From NCBI GenBank assembly GCA_030390025.1, contig CM059432.1:16680001-16744000 (forward strand): DNA of 64,000 nt, in the 5' to 3' direction. The notes under the pieces were generated by a model. That model did no database searches. It was given only the letters and a program-made list of their open reading frames with translations, and was not told where the DNA came from. Positions 1-12,965 of the stretch are shown in pieces. The stretch comes from Squalus acanthias. Its lineage: Eukaryota. Both the position numbers and the translations under genes were made by a program. Each line of letters starts with the position of its first letter. The first letter of the stretch is position 1.

Positions 1-290
1 AGTGTGAAGACGGGACTTCGTCTCCACCATGACTGTGCGGTGGTCACTGCTACCAATACTGTCATGGACAGATGCATCTGCGACAGGTAGATTGGCGAGG
101 ACGAGGTCAAGTAGGTTTTTCCCTCATGTTGGTTCTCTCATCACCTGTCGCAGGCCCAAGACTGGCAGCTATGTCCTTCAGGACTCGGCCAGCTGTGGTG
201 CTACCGAGCCACTTTTGGTGATGGACTTTGAAGTCCCCCACCCAGAGTACATTTTGTGCTCTATCGACTCTCAGTGCTTCTTCCAAGTGT

Positions 291-831
291 GAGAAGTCGC
301 ACAACACCAGGTTATAGTCCAACAGTTTTATTTGAAATCACAAGCTTTCGGAGCGCTGCTCCTTCGTCAGGTGAAGTGAAGAGATGCATATAGGCACAGC
401 ATATATAGTCAGAGAACACTGCCAGATGATTACAGTTAATCTTTCTAACTGCCCTTTATCACACCTCGGCAGAGAGATAATCACGGCAATCAAAGGTGTG
501 GATGGTGTTCAAACAGGTCAGTCAGGAAAACATTACATCAATGACAATGAGGTGGGGTCACAAGGGGTCAAATGTGGCAGATGCTGGGGTCTGTTTGGAA
601 AACAAAAAACTTTTTTTGCTGGAAATCACAGCAGGTCCGGCCGCATCTGTGTAGAGAGAACAAGCCAACGACGACTCGAGTCTGGATGACTCTACGTCAG
701 GTGGGGTTACATGCAGCGTGACATGAACCCAAGATCCCAGTTGAGGCCGTCCTCATGGGTGCGGAACTTGGCTATCAGTTTCTGCTCGACAATTTTGCGT
801 TGTTGTGTGTCTCGAAGGCCGCCTTGGAGAG
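291..831 (-). mobile_element. 5'-truncated Penelope-like element with hammerhead motif
   Basis: Reverse complement matches the 3' end of ORF 52030-54285 (QGGLRDT...KFRTHEDGLN) and its pLTR; flanked by a 12-bp direct repeat TCTTCCAAGTGT (279-290, 832-843). Confidence 0.88.
338..374 (-). ncRNA. Minimal type-I hammerhead ribozyme motif
   Basis: UCAC-CUGACGA-A-GGAGC(agc)GCUCC-GAAA-GC-UU-GUGA: intact core, perfect stem II, palindromic AGCU stem III. Confidence 0.75.
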
Positions 832-2047
832 TCTTCCAAGTGTTCAACATGGAGGAGTACTGATTCATCAGCTGAGGGAGGGCGGTAGGTGGTAATCAGC
901 AGGAGGTTTCCTTGCCCATGCTTGACCTGAAGCCATGAGACTTCATGGGGTCCGGAGTCAATGTTGAGGTCTCCCAGGGCCACTCCTTCCTGACTGTTTA
1001 CCACTGTGCCGCCACCCCTGGTGTGTCTGTCCTGCCGGTGAGACAGGACGTACCCAGGGATGGTGATGGAGGAGTTTGGGACATTGGCTGAAAGGTATGA
1101 TTCTTTAAGTGTGACAATGTCAGGCTGTTGCTTGACTAGTCTGTGGGACAGCTCTCCCAATTCTGGCACAAGTCTCCAGATGTTGGTGAGGAAGACTTTG
1201 CAGGGTCGACTGGGCTGAGTGTGCAGTTGTCGTGTCCGTAGCCGGTGCAGAGGTCGATGCCGGGTGGTTCATCCGGTTTTATTATTATTATTGTGTTTCG
1301 TAGCGCTTTGTTACAACTGAGTGGCTTGCTAGGCCATTTCAGAGGGCAGTTAAGAGTCAACCACATTGCATGCATACTATTTTAATGCATCACTCTAGGT
1401 TATCTTTTTTCAGTGCTACTGTTTCTAGTATATATCTGGGACATGTATACATTTTTAAAGGAAAGATCATTCTTTAAAAAAAAAAAAAAATTATTAGCAA
1501 AGAGAATAGTCTTCACGAACATTTGCTTTTCGAGTTTCCTTTTGATTTTAGTGATGCCAATCAAATTCCTCACTGGGCATGTCTTAACATAGCAGTCAAG
1601 ATGCTAAACAAAACCTTGTGCAGTATGATTCATCTTAATTCGATGAGGAAGAGAAAAAAATCTTGTTGGACCAGTATCAGTTCGCAGAAACACATCTATG
1701 AACTGATAAACCATTAACAGTGAGTACAGAAAAATAACACAGTTATACTGATAAAGCTCAGTGGGTAATGGTCCATACGGTGACACTGAACCCTACAGAT
1801 CAGGTTCAAACTCTTATCTCTGCTGAAGCAGAAACAGAAAATACTGAAGATATACAGTAGTTCTATCAGCTTTTGTACAGATAATAGATGGAATTAATAT
1901 CTCAGGTAAAACATTTTGCCTACGCTCAAATAAACCTACCTTTTCACTTTATAAACGCTAACAGACTTGCTGCTTTTTCAATCAGGTTTCAACATTTACA
2001 ATTTTTTTCTTTTAAATCCCTCACCTCTGCTGATTTGGCTGATCTCA

Positions 2048-3060
2048 TAGGATCATAGACTTATACAGCTCGGAAGGCGACCATTTGGCTCATCTACCTC
2101 TGCAGTAAAAAAAAAATCCCTTTTCTCCCCTGTGGCTCTTTCGCAAATTATCTTAATTCTGTGTCCTCCGCCAGTAGAAACAGTTTCTTCTTATTTACTC
2201 AATCAAAACCCCTCATAATTTTGAACACCTATTATGTCTCCCTTTAACCTTCTCTGCTTCAAGGAGAAAAATCCCAGCTCCTCCAGTCTCTCCACATAAC
2301 TGAAGTCCCTCATCCCTGGTATCATTCTGGTAAATCTCATCTGCACCTTTTCCAAGGCCTTGACATCCTTCCTAAAGTTTGGTGCCCAGGATTTTATCAA
2401 CTTACCCTGCCACCTGCAAAGTCTTACGTATGTGAATCTCCAGGTCTCTCTGTTCCTGCACCCCTTTGAAATTATACCATTTAGTTTATATTGCATCTCC
2501 TCATTCCTTCTCCCAAAATGCCTCACTTCACACTTCTCCGCATTAAATGTCATCTGCCACGTTTCTGTCCATTTCACCAGTCTGTCTATGTCCTCTTGAA
2601 ATCTATTACAATCCTCCTTACTGTTTTACTACATTTGCAAGTTTTTGTGTCAACTGCAAACTTTGGAATTAGGTCCCCTATACCCAAGTCCAGGTCATTA
2701 ATATACATCAAAAAGAGGAGTGGAACTAATACCAACCCCTGGGGTACACCACTGCACACTTTCCTCCAGTCTGAAAAACAACTATTCACCAGTACTCTCT
2801 GCTTTCTGTCTCTTAGCCAATTTCGTATCCATGCTGCCACTGCCACGTTAATTCCTTGGGCTTCAATTTTGCTGACAAGTCTATTATGTGGCACGTTATC
2901 AAACGCCTTTTGAAAGTCCTTATACACATCAGTTGCAGTACTTTCTTCAAACCTCGCCGTTAATTCATCGAAGAATTCAATTCAGTTTGTCAGACATGAT
3001 TTTCCTTTAAAAAAAAATCTGTGTTGGCTGCCATTTATTAACCCTTGTTTTTCCAAGTAA
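2048..3060 (-). mobile_element. CR1 LINE fragment (RT C-terminal half and 3' end)
   Basis: DFQKAFDNVPH, GVPQG, WQMTFNAEKCEV, RRLKGD motifs in ORFs 2586-2927 and 2203-2577. Confidence 0.85.
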
Positions 3061-3157
3061 ATATTAACTTTGAATTACTATAATTTCATTTTGGTGGGAG
3101 GGGAAAGAAAAAATACATAGATTATTTTGGTGGAACGAACATTATGAAGATATGTAC

Positions 3158-3235
3158 CATAGAGCCTTTGTCTGTAAGATAGCTGATGCCTTCTTCAGGT
3201 CCAATTGCTAATTCCACCGAAATTATCCAGCTTGA
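3158..3235 (-). CDS. PTK2: PTK2/FAK coding exon, FERM domain (SSWIISVELAIGPEEGISYLTDKGSM)
   Basis: Minus strand: ctttaacag|TCAAGCTGG...GGCTCTATG|gtacat; 78 nt, phase 0/0; matches recalled human FAK SSWIISVELAIGPEEGISYLTDKGCN. Confidence 0.96.
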
Positions 3236-3447
3236 CTGTTAAAGAGTGGAAAAAAAACACCAAAGTGAATTCTAGGAACTGCAGTGTTCAATAGATTCTG
3301 CTTTATATTATGCATATTACAGAATTAGGCTCTTCAAATACCAAAAGAAACTATACAAGCACAAAATAATTACACATATTTAGTATTCTGCATCCATGGC
3401 TGCAGCACAGGCCTACTCATTGTGATATTACTTTTAAATTCCAAGTA

Positions 3448-3872
3448 CAGGAAACTTTCGTTTATCCGGCATCGACGGGACCGGCGTGGTGCCGGTTTAT
3501 CGAAAGTACCGGATAACGGAGAGTTATATCTACCGAGGCTATTTTTAACAAAGAGACTCCAGGCAGCGCGGGAGAATCAACTCCTGCTACTGCAATGTTT
3601 CGGACTTCCGACAGCGCCAGGAGGCCGAGTAGTGGCACTTTTGAAAAGTACCCCTACTGACTAAATCGGCGTTCGCGGACTCGGACTCGGACTCGGGATC
3701 GGCAACATTGCCGGTTATTTGAGAGGAGTTTTCGGAGCACTCGGCGTTCGCGGAGACTCGACTGCGACTCGGCAACATTGCCGGTTATTTGAGAGGAGTT
3801 TTCGGAGGATGATTTTTGCCGGTTAAGCGAGAATTCCGGATATTTGGGTGCCGGATAAACGAAAGTTTCCTG
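3448..3872 (-). mobile_element. Tigger-derived MITE (425 bp)
   Basis: 24-bp TIRs CAGGAAACTTTCGTTTATCCGGCA and TA on both sides; internal-deletion derivative of 29884-32525. Confidence 0.96.
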
Positions 3873-5436
3873 TAAAATTAAAGTTGTAGTATCAATTTTC
3901 AAAATACACAATTTATTTTACCAACCCACACATCACTTGCTGACCCTTCTGTATTCACAGCTATTTTGTCTTTTTAAGAGCAAGTCTTAAAAATAAATAG
4001 CTGGCTACATCAACATTTGGTGAAATGTGCATTTGAAAAAAGGTACTGCAGCTCTAAACTTTTTTTTTAATGAAGTGCATGATGAAAGATATTCACAGAA
4101 ACTGAACACCATCATCTACTGCTTACATCACTCACGCTAATCATTTATTGCAGATTCAGTTCACAATAAACTCGTCCTAAATGGTCTACGGTTCCTGCAC
4201 CATAATTTTGTACAAAGAAGCGAATAGTTACTTATAAAAGAGAAATATTAAGCAGACAATAAATTTGGCCACGAGCCAAACACTTTAATGCCTTATCATT
4301 AATATTCATGACAATGAACCAAAGAAGTAGTCTTTCTTCTACACTATGAATCTCAGTCAGTTGTCCTCACCGTGTTCAGTGCACAATTTTGTCAAATAAT
4401 CACATTTATACATACAAATGTTTTAACAGCTCTGAAACATGACATATGCCTTTAGACGTGGCATCTATACGAGGGAATACTTTGTGATTTAACACAATCA
4501 AAATTTCCAACATTGTGCAAATAAATTGCAACACCTGGATTCCCATCCATTATTGAAATATTTTACTAGATCCGTAAAAGGATGATGGTAAATTCCTGTT
4601 TTAGCAGTTCATATATAATTAATGTCTTACTACTGCATCCCCAGATAAAATGCACAATGTTGCCCCATTGAAAAAGATGTGAAGTAACTGTAAATTAATA
4701 GCACAGTGAGGTATGCACAAGTCTGAAGACTAGAGTTTCCACCCAGCCAAAAATGTATCTGCTCTGTCACCAAGAATCATGATACGGAGGGCAGGGCACT
4801 GGGACAAAGGTACAAATGAGTAGAAATATTCATAAAACCTCGTGAATTAACAAAACGCACCAAGAAAAGGTTTAAGAACGACGACTAATACATTGAAGAA
4901 ATGGCAGTTTTCAGTTAAACCTTGGATGAAAAAATTAAATAATGTAATAAAGGCTGATAAGTAATAAATGCCCAATGGTTCTAATAATGTGCTCATTTTT
5001 TTCATTTCAACATAACTCAAACTGCCCTTCCTGAAGTCAGCTGCTTATCTGTGGCTTACCAACTAATCAAAATAACCTGAAAGTTTTAGTGAGCAACCAA
5101 ATTAAACCCCGAACTCAACACAGAACTCAGGTTCTGTCCCTTCTGGGGACATACGTATTTTTGTTTACATTGGAACTCCTCTACTGATCGTTAAAATATG
5201 AGGACTCAATTGGCGATGAAGAAGTATGCAGGGAGCAAAGTTTGTTTGTAAATGATGGTGGAAAGATGTTGAAGTTAAGTTCATTAGCAAGCTTGTGTTT
5301 TTTGTGTGTTTTTATTTGCTATTTTTTTTGTAGAATATTATTGGGTGGAGTTTTGACAGACAAACGGTTGGTGTAGCATAATTGATGAATGATAATTGAA
5401 GAAAAAATAACCAATTAAAAATAAGAAACAGATTTA

Positions 5437-5932
5437 AACAGAGTACAACAAAGGTTCACCAGACTGATTCCTGGATTGGCGGGGGGGGATTGTCCTGTGA
5501 GGAGAGATTGAGTAGGCTAGGCCTATATTCCCTAGAATTTAGAAGCATGAGAGGTGATCTCATTGAAATATAGAAAATTCTTAAGGGGTTTGACAGGGTA
5601 GATGTGGGAAGGATGTTTCCCCTGGCTGGGGCGTCTAGAACCAGGGGTCACAGTTTCAGAATAAGGGGTCGGCCATTTAGTACGGAGAGGAGGAGAAATT
5701 TCTTCACTCAAAGGGTTATGAATCTTTGGGATTCTCTACCCCAGAGGGCTGTGGATGCTCAGTTGTTGAGTATCTTAAAGACAGAAATCGATAGAGTTTT
5801 GGATATTAAGGGAATCAAAGGATAGTGCAGGAAGCTGGAGTTGAGGTAGAAGATCAGCTATGATCTTATTGAATGATGGAGCAGGCTCGAAGGGCCAAAT
5901 GGCCTACTCCTGCTCCTATTTCTTATGTTCTT
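5437..5932 (+). mobile_element. CR1 LINE 3' fragment
   Basis: SRTRGHSFRIRG...FFTQRVMNLWDSLP; ends in a tcttatgttctt tail. Confidence 0.85.
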
Positions 5933-6511
5933 GTACAGGCAATGAGAAAGAAAAAAATTGATGGATGGATCGCCACTGCTGAAGGTTTGATGGTCACAAT
6001 GTAGACAACAGACTCGACATATATGACCGACACAAGAATTTTTCATTACAAGATTATAGATTCACGAGTTGAACTTTTATTTAAGAATTATTCTCTCATT
6101 GTTTAAGGGATTTAGCTTGTGCATTTTGTAATTTGAAATTTATTAAAAGCATTCAATAATCTATAGTGTGGACAAAACTAACTTGTATGCACGGAGCTGT
6201 AACTCATATTAGAACTCCCTTTCTCATGGGAAAGTTATGGCAGAAGAGAAAGCATCAGAATAGCATACCAATCCCAAGCTGTAGCAGCAAAAATATCGCA
6301 CATGTATAAGGAATGAAAAACACACATAAATCTGAGTATGCATTCAACCGCTTGGCGGTTTGTTATGTGGTTACCACTACACTGCCAAATCAGTCTTTCA
6401 CTACATTGAAAATAATCATCCAGACCAGCGTGCAGATCAAAGGAAACATGAGCAACTTTAAGAGTATTGTCTTTTTTGGTAAATTATCAAAACATCAGTG
6501 CAAAAGCTTAC

Positions 6512-6652
6512 CCCAAGGGCACATTTGAAGCATTCCTTGTCAAATCTGTAAACTGGAGACAGAATCTCAAAGAACTTCAGAACACTTTGCTCTTCATTCA
6601 AATTGGCAAACTGACGAAAAGATTGCTGTATCAACTTCCTTAGCGTTTTGGC
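6512..6652 (-). CDS. PTK2: PTK2/FAK coding exon ([47 protein letters not shown])
   Basis: Minus strand: tgttttag|GCCAAAACG...CTTGGG|gtaagc; 141 nt, phase 0/0; near-identical to the FAK FERM sequence including the KAKTLRK basic patch. Confidence 0.98.
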
Positions 6653-7459
6653 CTAAAACAGAAATTGGAATTAGTCAGACTTATCCGGGAAACCTAGATT
6701 TTATTTGTCCAACTCAAAAATGTAGCTGTCTATAAAGTTTGTTTCTCCTTTAAAAATATTATCATGCTTTAGACTATGGCATCTAAAGAGTAAGGAATGG
6801 GGGCTCATGATTAAATTATAGCTACCATTACCTCTTGCTATTCCAGTTCATTAACGGTATTGGTACTTGACCTGCACCTTCAATCACATCTTTATGTTTT
6901 GATAAAAGATAATTACCAAGGTATCACTGGTTTTGTCGACTGATTTTCAGTGAGAAATGTATCGGCTTCCAGTTACAATCTTATACAAACTAGAGAAAGT
7001 TGAAACCCACCACAGGTCAATGGAATTGAAAGGTATTTCACGTAAGAAGTAGACAAACCAATTACAGTTCTCAAAGCACGAATCGCAATTTAAGAATTGT
7101 ACAAATACAAAGTCTTTTTAAAGACTACTCTTCAGGATCATCTTTCAGCATTGTGATAAAATTAAGGCGAGTAATACAGAAGAAAAGCAGCTGAAACATC
7201 AAAAGTATAGAAGTACACATAAGGGAGATTAGAAGGCCCGCGAGAGAATATGGTAAGACTGGCAAATGTTACCACCCTTACATAAAAACAGACAACGTTG
7301 ATAAAACTATTAGCATCAGAAAACAGGAAAAAAAAGGTAACTTTTGAGGTGCAGACTTTATCATCAGAACTGGAAAGTGGAGGAAAAGGGACCCCTTAAT
7401 CGGACAGAGCAAAACAAAAAGGAAGAGAATAGGTGACGTCAAAAGTCAGGAATAGCGAT

Positions 7460-7930
7460 GAAAGAAAGACTTACATTCATATAGCGCCTTTCACGACCAC
7501 CAGACGTCACAAAGCGGTTTGCAGCCAATGAAGTACTTTTTTTTTTGGAGTGTAGTCACTGTTGTAATGTGGGAAACGCGGCAGCCAATTTGCACACAGC
7601 AAGCTCCCACAAACAGCAATGTGATAATGACCAGATAATCTGTTTTTGTTATGCAAGTTGAGGGATAAATATTGGTCAGGACACCGGGGATAACTCCCTG
7701 CTCTTCTTCGAAATAGTGCCATGGGATCTTTTACGTCCACCTGACAGAGCAGACGGGGCCTCGGTATAACGTCTCATCCGAAAGACGGCACCTCCGACAG
7801 GGCAGCACTCCCTCAGCACTGCACTGGCGTGTCAGCCTAGCTTTATTTGCTCAAGTCCCTGGCGTGGGACTTGAACCCACAACCTTCTGACTCAGAGGCG
7901 AGTGTGCTACCCACTGAGCCACAGCTGATG
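7460..7930 (-). mobile_element. tRNA-derived DeuSINE (SacSINE1-like), near full length
   Basis: Minus strand has A box TGGCTCAGTGG, B box GGTTCAAGTCC, Deu-like core gtctttcggatgagacg, and an L2-type tail ggcgctatatgaatgtaagtctttctttc; family recognised from memory. Confidence 0.8.
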
Positions 7931-8053
7931 CATAATGCCAGATAGAGGCAGCTAATGGTTTAATGGCCAGCCTGCATGTTTGCTGAAGAGCCGATAAGCA
8001 GGGCTAGCTGGTGGATGATATACGAAGATCATCCCAGTGAGGCAATGAAGCAT

Positions 8054-9535
8054 CAACAACAACTTGCTTTTATACAGCGCCTTTAATGAAGTAAATCGTC
8101 CCAAGGTGTTTCAAGGGAGCATAATCAGACAAGAATTGACACCAAGCCAAAGAAGGAAACATTAGGACAGGTAACCAAAAGCTTGGTCAAAGAGGTAGGT
8201 TTTAAGCAGCGTCTTAAGGAGAGAGAGGTAGACAGGCTTCGGGAGGGTATTCCAGAGTTTAGAACCTAGACGGCTCAAGGCATGGCCGCCAATGGTGGAG
8301 TGAAGGAAAGGAGGGATGCACAAGAGGCCAGAATTGGAGGAACGCAGAGTTCTTGGAGGGCTGTAGGAGGCTACAGAGTTAGGGAGGGGCGAGGTCATAA
8401 AGGGATTTGAACATGAGGATGAAAATTTTAAAAATTGAGCCGTTGCTCGACTGGCAACCAATGCAGGTCAGCAAGCACAGGGGTGATGGGTGAATGGGAC
8501 TTGGTGTGAGTTTGGAAACAGGCAGCAGAGCTTTCGATGCGCTCAAGTTTCTGGAGGGTGGAAGATGGGAGGTTTGCCAGGAGAGCACTGGAGTAGTAGA
8601 GTCTGGAGGTAACAGAAGCATAGATGAGGGCATCAGCAGCAGACGGGCTGAGGCAAGGGCAGAGACTGGCAACATTATCGAGATGGAAGCTGGCGGTCTT
8701 GGCGATGGAGCAGATATTGGGTAGGAAGCTTCAGTTCAGGGTTTAATAGGACGCCAAGATTGTGAACAGTCTGGTTCAGCCTGAGCCAGTGGCCAGGGAA
8801 GGGGATTGAATCAGTTGCTATCGAATGGAGTTTGTGACAGGGGCTGAAGACAATGAATTTGGTCTTCTCAATGTTTAATTGGAGGAAATTTTGGCTCATC
8901 CAGGACTTGATGTCAGACAAGCAGTCTGACAATACAGATGCAGTGACAGGGCTGAAAGTTGTGGTGGTGAAGTACAGCTGGGTATAGTCAGCGTACATGT
9001 GAAATCTGATCATGTATTGTTCGTAAGATGTCGCCAAGAGGAAGCATGTAGGTGAGAAAAAGGATGGGGTCAAGGATGAATCCTTGGGGAACTTCAGAGG
9101 AAATGGTGTGGGAGCAGGAACAAAAGATTCTCTGGCAATGACTGGATAGGTAAGAGTGGAACCAGGCAAGGGCAGTCCCACTCAGCTGGATAATGGAGGG
9201 GAGGCATTGGAGGAGGATGGTGTTGTCAACCGTCGAAAAGGCTGCAATCAGGTCAAGAAGGATGAGGCGGGATAGTGCACCACAGTCATTGTCACATAGG
9301 ATGTTATTTGTGACTTTGATTAGGGCTGTTTCAGCAAAGTTGCAGGGTGGAAAACTGATTGGAGTGGCTCAACCATGGAGTTGTGGGAAAGATAGGCACT
9401 GATTTGGGAGGCAACCACACGTTCAAGGACTTTGGAGAGGAAAGAAAGGTTGGAGATGGGGTGGTAGTTTACAAGGACAGTGGGGTGAAGGATGGGTGTT
9501 TTGAGGAAGAGGTGATGACGGCAGATTTGAAAGGG
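8054..9535 (-). mobile_element. L2 LINE fragment
   Basis: YHPISNLSFLSKVLERVVASQ, FHMYADYTQLY, WMSQNFLQLNIEKT motifs; L2-type 3' tail at 8054-8100. Confidence 0.85.
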
Positions 9536-9943
9536 CTTCACCAGGCCACCATTCCCATTGATCTGTGGACTTGCAGTACCCATGTCAACAATGACATTAT
9601 TGAAGCCTCTATCAATGGCTCTCTCCATTTCATTAGATGTACTGTCCAAGGAGGAGGTGAGATTGCAGCCCAAGGCCTGTGTGGCACTCCTCTGAGCATT
9701 CAGGAGAGACGCAAAGACTGGCATAATGGCCTCGGTTATGAGAGGCTACACTGCTGATGTCCCTGGAGCTGCCACCTATTCGAAGGATGACTGCTTGCTT
9801 TCAACACAGTGACTAGAACTCCACACATATGGTTGTGGAGGTCTCCACATTAACCGCCATTGATTACCTGGACTTTAGGAAATCTTTAGATAAAGTGCCT
9901 CATAAGAGACTTCTCTACAGAGAGAATTGTGGAATTAGTGGTA

Positions 9944-10307
9944 CAGGAAACTCTTTATTAACCGGCACCGACGGGACCGGCGTGGTGCCGGTTAATCAAA
10001 AAGTCTGGATAACGGAGAGTTATATCTCCCAACGTACGAGAGCCCCGTACACACTGACATGCGCCTGCATTCGGAGCTCCGTCTCCCCGGGGACTGCCAG
10101 CTGACCATCTGTCGTGTCCGCTGCCTACCCGGGCTGCATATTCCCCTCCCAATCTACACGCTCCGATACAAGGCAAACGCCTCGGGGTTTTTTTTAAAGT
10201 TATTTTTAAAGGAGAGATGAAGGAAAACCCCGGTTACCTACTCAAGAATTTTGCCGGTTAAGAGAGATTTCCGGTTATTTGGGTGCCGGTTAAAAGAGAG
10301 TTTCCTG
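9944..10307 (-). mobile_element. Second Tigger-type MITE (364 bp) inserted in an old CR1 fragment (~9855-10380)
   Basis: TIRs CAGGAAACTCTYTWTTAACCGGCAC with TA duplication; removing it restores the CR1 frame GISG|NMLQWIENWL. Confidence 0.9.
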
Positions 10308-10427
10308 TAATATGCTGCAGTGGATTGAGAATTGGCTGAATGTCCGTAAATTGAAAGTGTTTGTCAATGGATGTGATTTGTAACAATTGTTACAGTACCT
10401 AAAGATTCCAATTTGGTTGTCTTCCAC

Positions 10428-11723
10428 CATTGGGCAGAGTCAACATGGATTTATGAAAGGGAAATCGTGTTTGACAAACCTGTTAAGAGTTTTTTGAGGT
10501 TGTAACTAGCAGAATAGATTAGGGGGAACCAGTGGATCTGGTGTATTTAGATTTTCAGAAGACATTCAATAAGGTGCCACACAAGGAGTTATTAAACAAA
10601 ATTAGGGCTCATGGGATTGGGGCAATATACTAGCATGGATTGAGGATTGGCTAACAGACAGAAACCAGAGAGTAGGAATAAACGGGTAATTTTCAGCTTG
10701 GCAGGCTGTAACCAGTGGGGTACCGCAAGGATCAGTGCTTGGGCCTCAGCTATTCACAATCTACATCAATGATTTGGATGAGGGAACCAACTGTAACATA
10801 TCCAAGTTGGCTGATTATACAAAGCTGGTTGGGAATGTAAGTTGTGAGGAGGATACAAAGATTCTTCAAGACGATATAGACAGACTAAGTGAGTGGGCAA
10901 GAACATGGCAAATGGAATATAATGTGGAGAAATGTGAAGTTATCCACTTTGGTAGGAAAAATAGAAAAGCAGAGTATTTTTTAAATGGAGAGAGATTGAG
11001 AAATGTTGGTGTTCAGAGGTGTCCTTGTACACGAATCACTGGAAGTTAACATGCAGGTACAGCAAGCAATTAGGAAAGCAAATGGTATGTTGGCCTTTAT
11101 TACAAGAGGGTTTGAGTATAAGAGTAAAGATGTCTTACTGCAATTATATAGGGCCCTGGTGAGACCACACCTGGAGTATTGTGCACAGTTTTGGTCCCCT
11201 TACCCAAGGAAGGATAGACTTGCCATTGAGGGAGTGAAACGAAGATTCACCAGACTGATTCCTGGGATGGGGGGATTGTCCTATGAGGAGAGATTGAGTA
11301 GACTAGGCCTATATTCTCTAGAGTTTAGAAGAATGAGAGGTGATCTCATTGAAACAGACAAAATTCTTACAGGGCTTGACAGGGTAGATGCAGGGAGGAT
11401 GTTTCCCCTGTCTGGGGAGTCAAGAACCAGTGGTCACAGTCTCAGAATAAGGGGTCGGCCATTTAGGACTGAGATGAGGAGAAATTTCTTCACTCAAGAG
11501 GGTGGCGAATCTTTGGAATTCACTACCCCAAAGAGGGCTGTGGAGGCTCAGTCATTGCGTATGTTCAAGACAGAGACCGATAGATTTTTGAATATTAAGG
11601 GAATCAAGGGATATAGGGATAGTGCAGGAAAGTGGAGATAAGGTAGAAGATCAGCCATGATCTTTATTGAATGGCAGGCTCGAAGGGCTGAATGGCCTAC
11701 TCCAGCTCCTATTTCTTATGTTC
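10428..11723 (+). mobile_element. CR1 LINE, 5'-truncated
   Basis: SQHGFMKGKSC, GVPQGSVLGP, LVRPHLEYC, RTSGHSLRI motifs; CR1 tail. Confidence 0.92.
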
Positions 11724-12345
11724 CACAATACAGTAGTGCAGATTAACTTATTCCACATAAGTCTAGTACAAGAGTAACTCAGCTCATTTTCACAGCTTGT
11801 TTTGATGCCATTTAACAACCCGATTTATTTTCAAGTGTTACTCTTTCTGCCGACAACTGTCCATTACTGATGATAATGTATGTGTTAATCATCTGTTGCA
11901 AATGACCGAATTGGCATTGGGCAACCTTACAATTGAACAACTACAATCAATATTACCTATGCAGGCTTTCCAAAGCACAACATATAATTTACAGCACATC
12001 AGATATTTTTAATTAAAAGTGGGATCTTTGACACACTGCATCTCATTTCAGCAAATGTATCTTAATCACTTACCACGATTAGCACTTTACTAATTCATAT
12101 CTTTTTTTGATGATCTATCAGATAATCACGGCTGATGCATATCAGTTTGGGAGACTGGGATTTACTTGGATGTTCATACCAATAAAATGGTAATAAACTA
12201 TTTCCTTACTCATCTGTTCTGTCTGGATTTATACCCAAGAAATGTTACTTCCATTTTGGTATAAACTCCACAATTTACATAGTATGGGTACAGTAGCGCC
12301 ATGGTCATGTTACTGGACGAGTAATCCAGGGACACAAGTTCAAAT

Positions 12346-12965
12346 GGGCTTTATAAATAGAGGCATAGAGTACAAAAGCCAGGAAGTTATGCTAAACCGA
12401 CATAAAACAAGAGTTTGACCCCAGTTGGAGTATTGTGTCTAATTCTGGGCACCACACTTTAGAAAGGACGTGAAGACTTTAGAGAGAGTACAGAAGAGGT
12501 TTACTAGAATGGTTCCAGGGATGAGGGATTACGGTTATGTGGATAGACTGGAGAAGCTGGGGTTGTTCTCCTTAGTGCAGAGAAGGCTAAGAGGAGATTT
12601 GATCGAGGTGTTTAAAATCATGAAGGATTTAGATAGAGTAAATAAAGAGAAACTATTTTTAATGGCTGATGGGTCGATAACCAGAGGGCACCGACTTAAG
12701 GTAATTGGAAAAGAACCAAGGCGACATGAGGAAAAACTTTATTACGCAACGAATGGTTAGGATTTGGAATGCACTGCCTGATACGGTGGTGGAAACAGAT
12801 TCAATTGTAACCTTCAAAAGGGAATTGGATAAATACTTGAACTAGGAAAAATTGCAGGGATATGGGGAAAGAGCAGGGAAGTGGGACTAACTGGATTGCT
12901 CTTTGAAAGAGCTGGTACAGACTCGATGGGCCTAATGGCCTCTTTCTGTGCTGTTCTATTCGATG
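12346..12965 (+). mobile_element. CR1 3' fragment inserted into the tRNA-like head of the host LINE
   Basis: LERVQKRFTRMVPG ORF; AAAT repeated at 12342-12345 and 12966-12969. Confidence 0.85.

Larger units (their letters stand above)
1..1369 (-). mobile_element. 5' part of an APE-RT LINE (same family as 12289-18290), interrupted by a Penelope fragment
   Basis: ORF 753-1169 encodes an APE endonuclease N-terminus (LGELSHRLVKQQPDIVTLKESYL...RGGG...YRPP); it continues beyond the insert as LWVGDFKVHH; upstream UTR is shared with 13139-13190. Confidence 0.85.

Noticed and set aside
1..3157. Next PTK2 exon (PTHLADF...)
   Set aside because: Not found by eye on the minus strand; presumably beyond the window start. 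The preceding exon is likewise beyond 64000.
3422..3911. Repeated short ORFs (MLPSRSR...; also at 29978 and 36735)
   Set aside because: Chance frames in the non-coding Tigger left end and its MITEs.
7860..7930. tRNA gene (also 12289-12345 and ~1755-1815)
   Set aside because: A/B boxes are present but there is no complete cloverleaf; these are retroposon heads.
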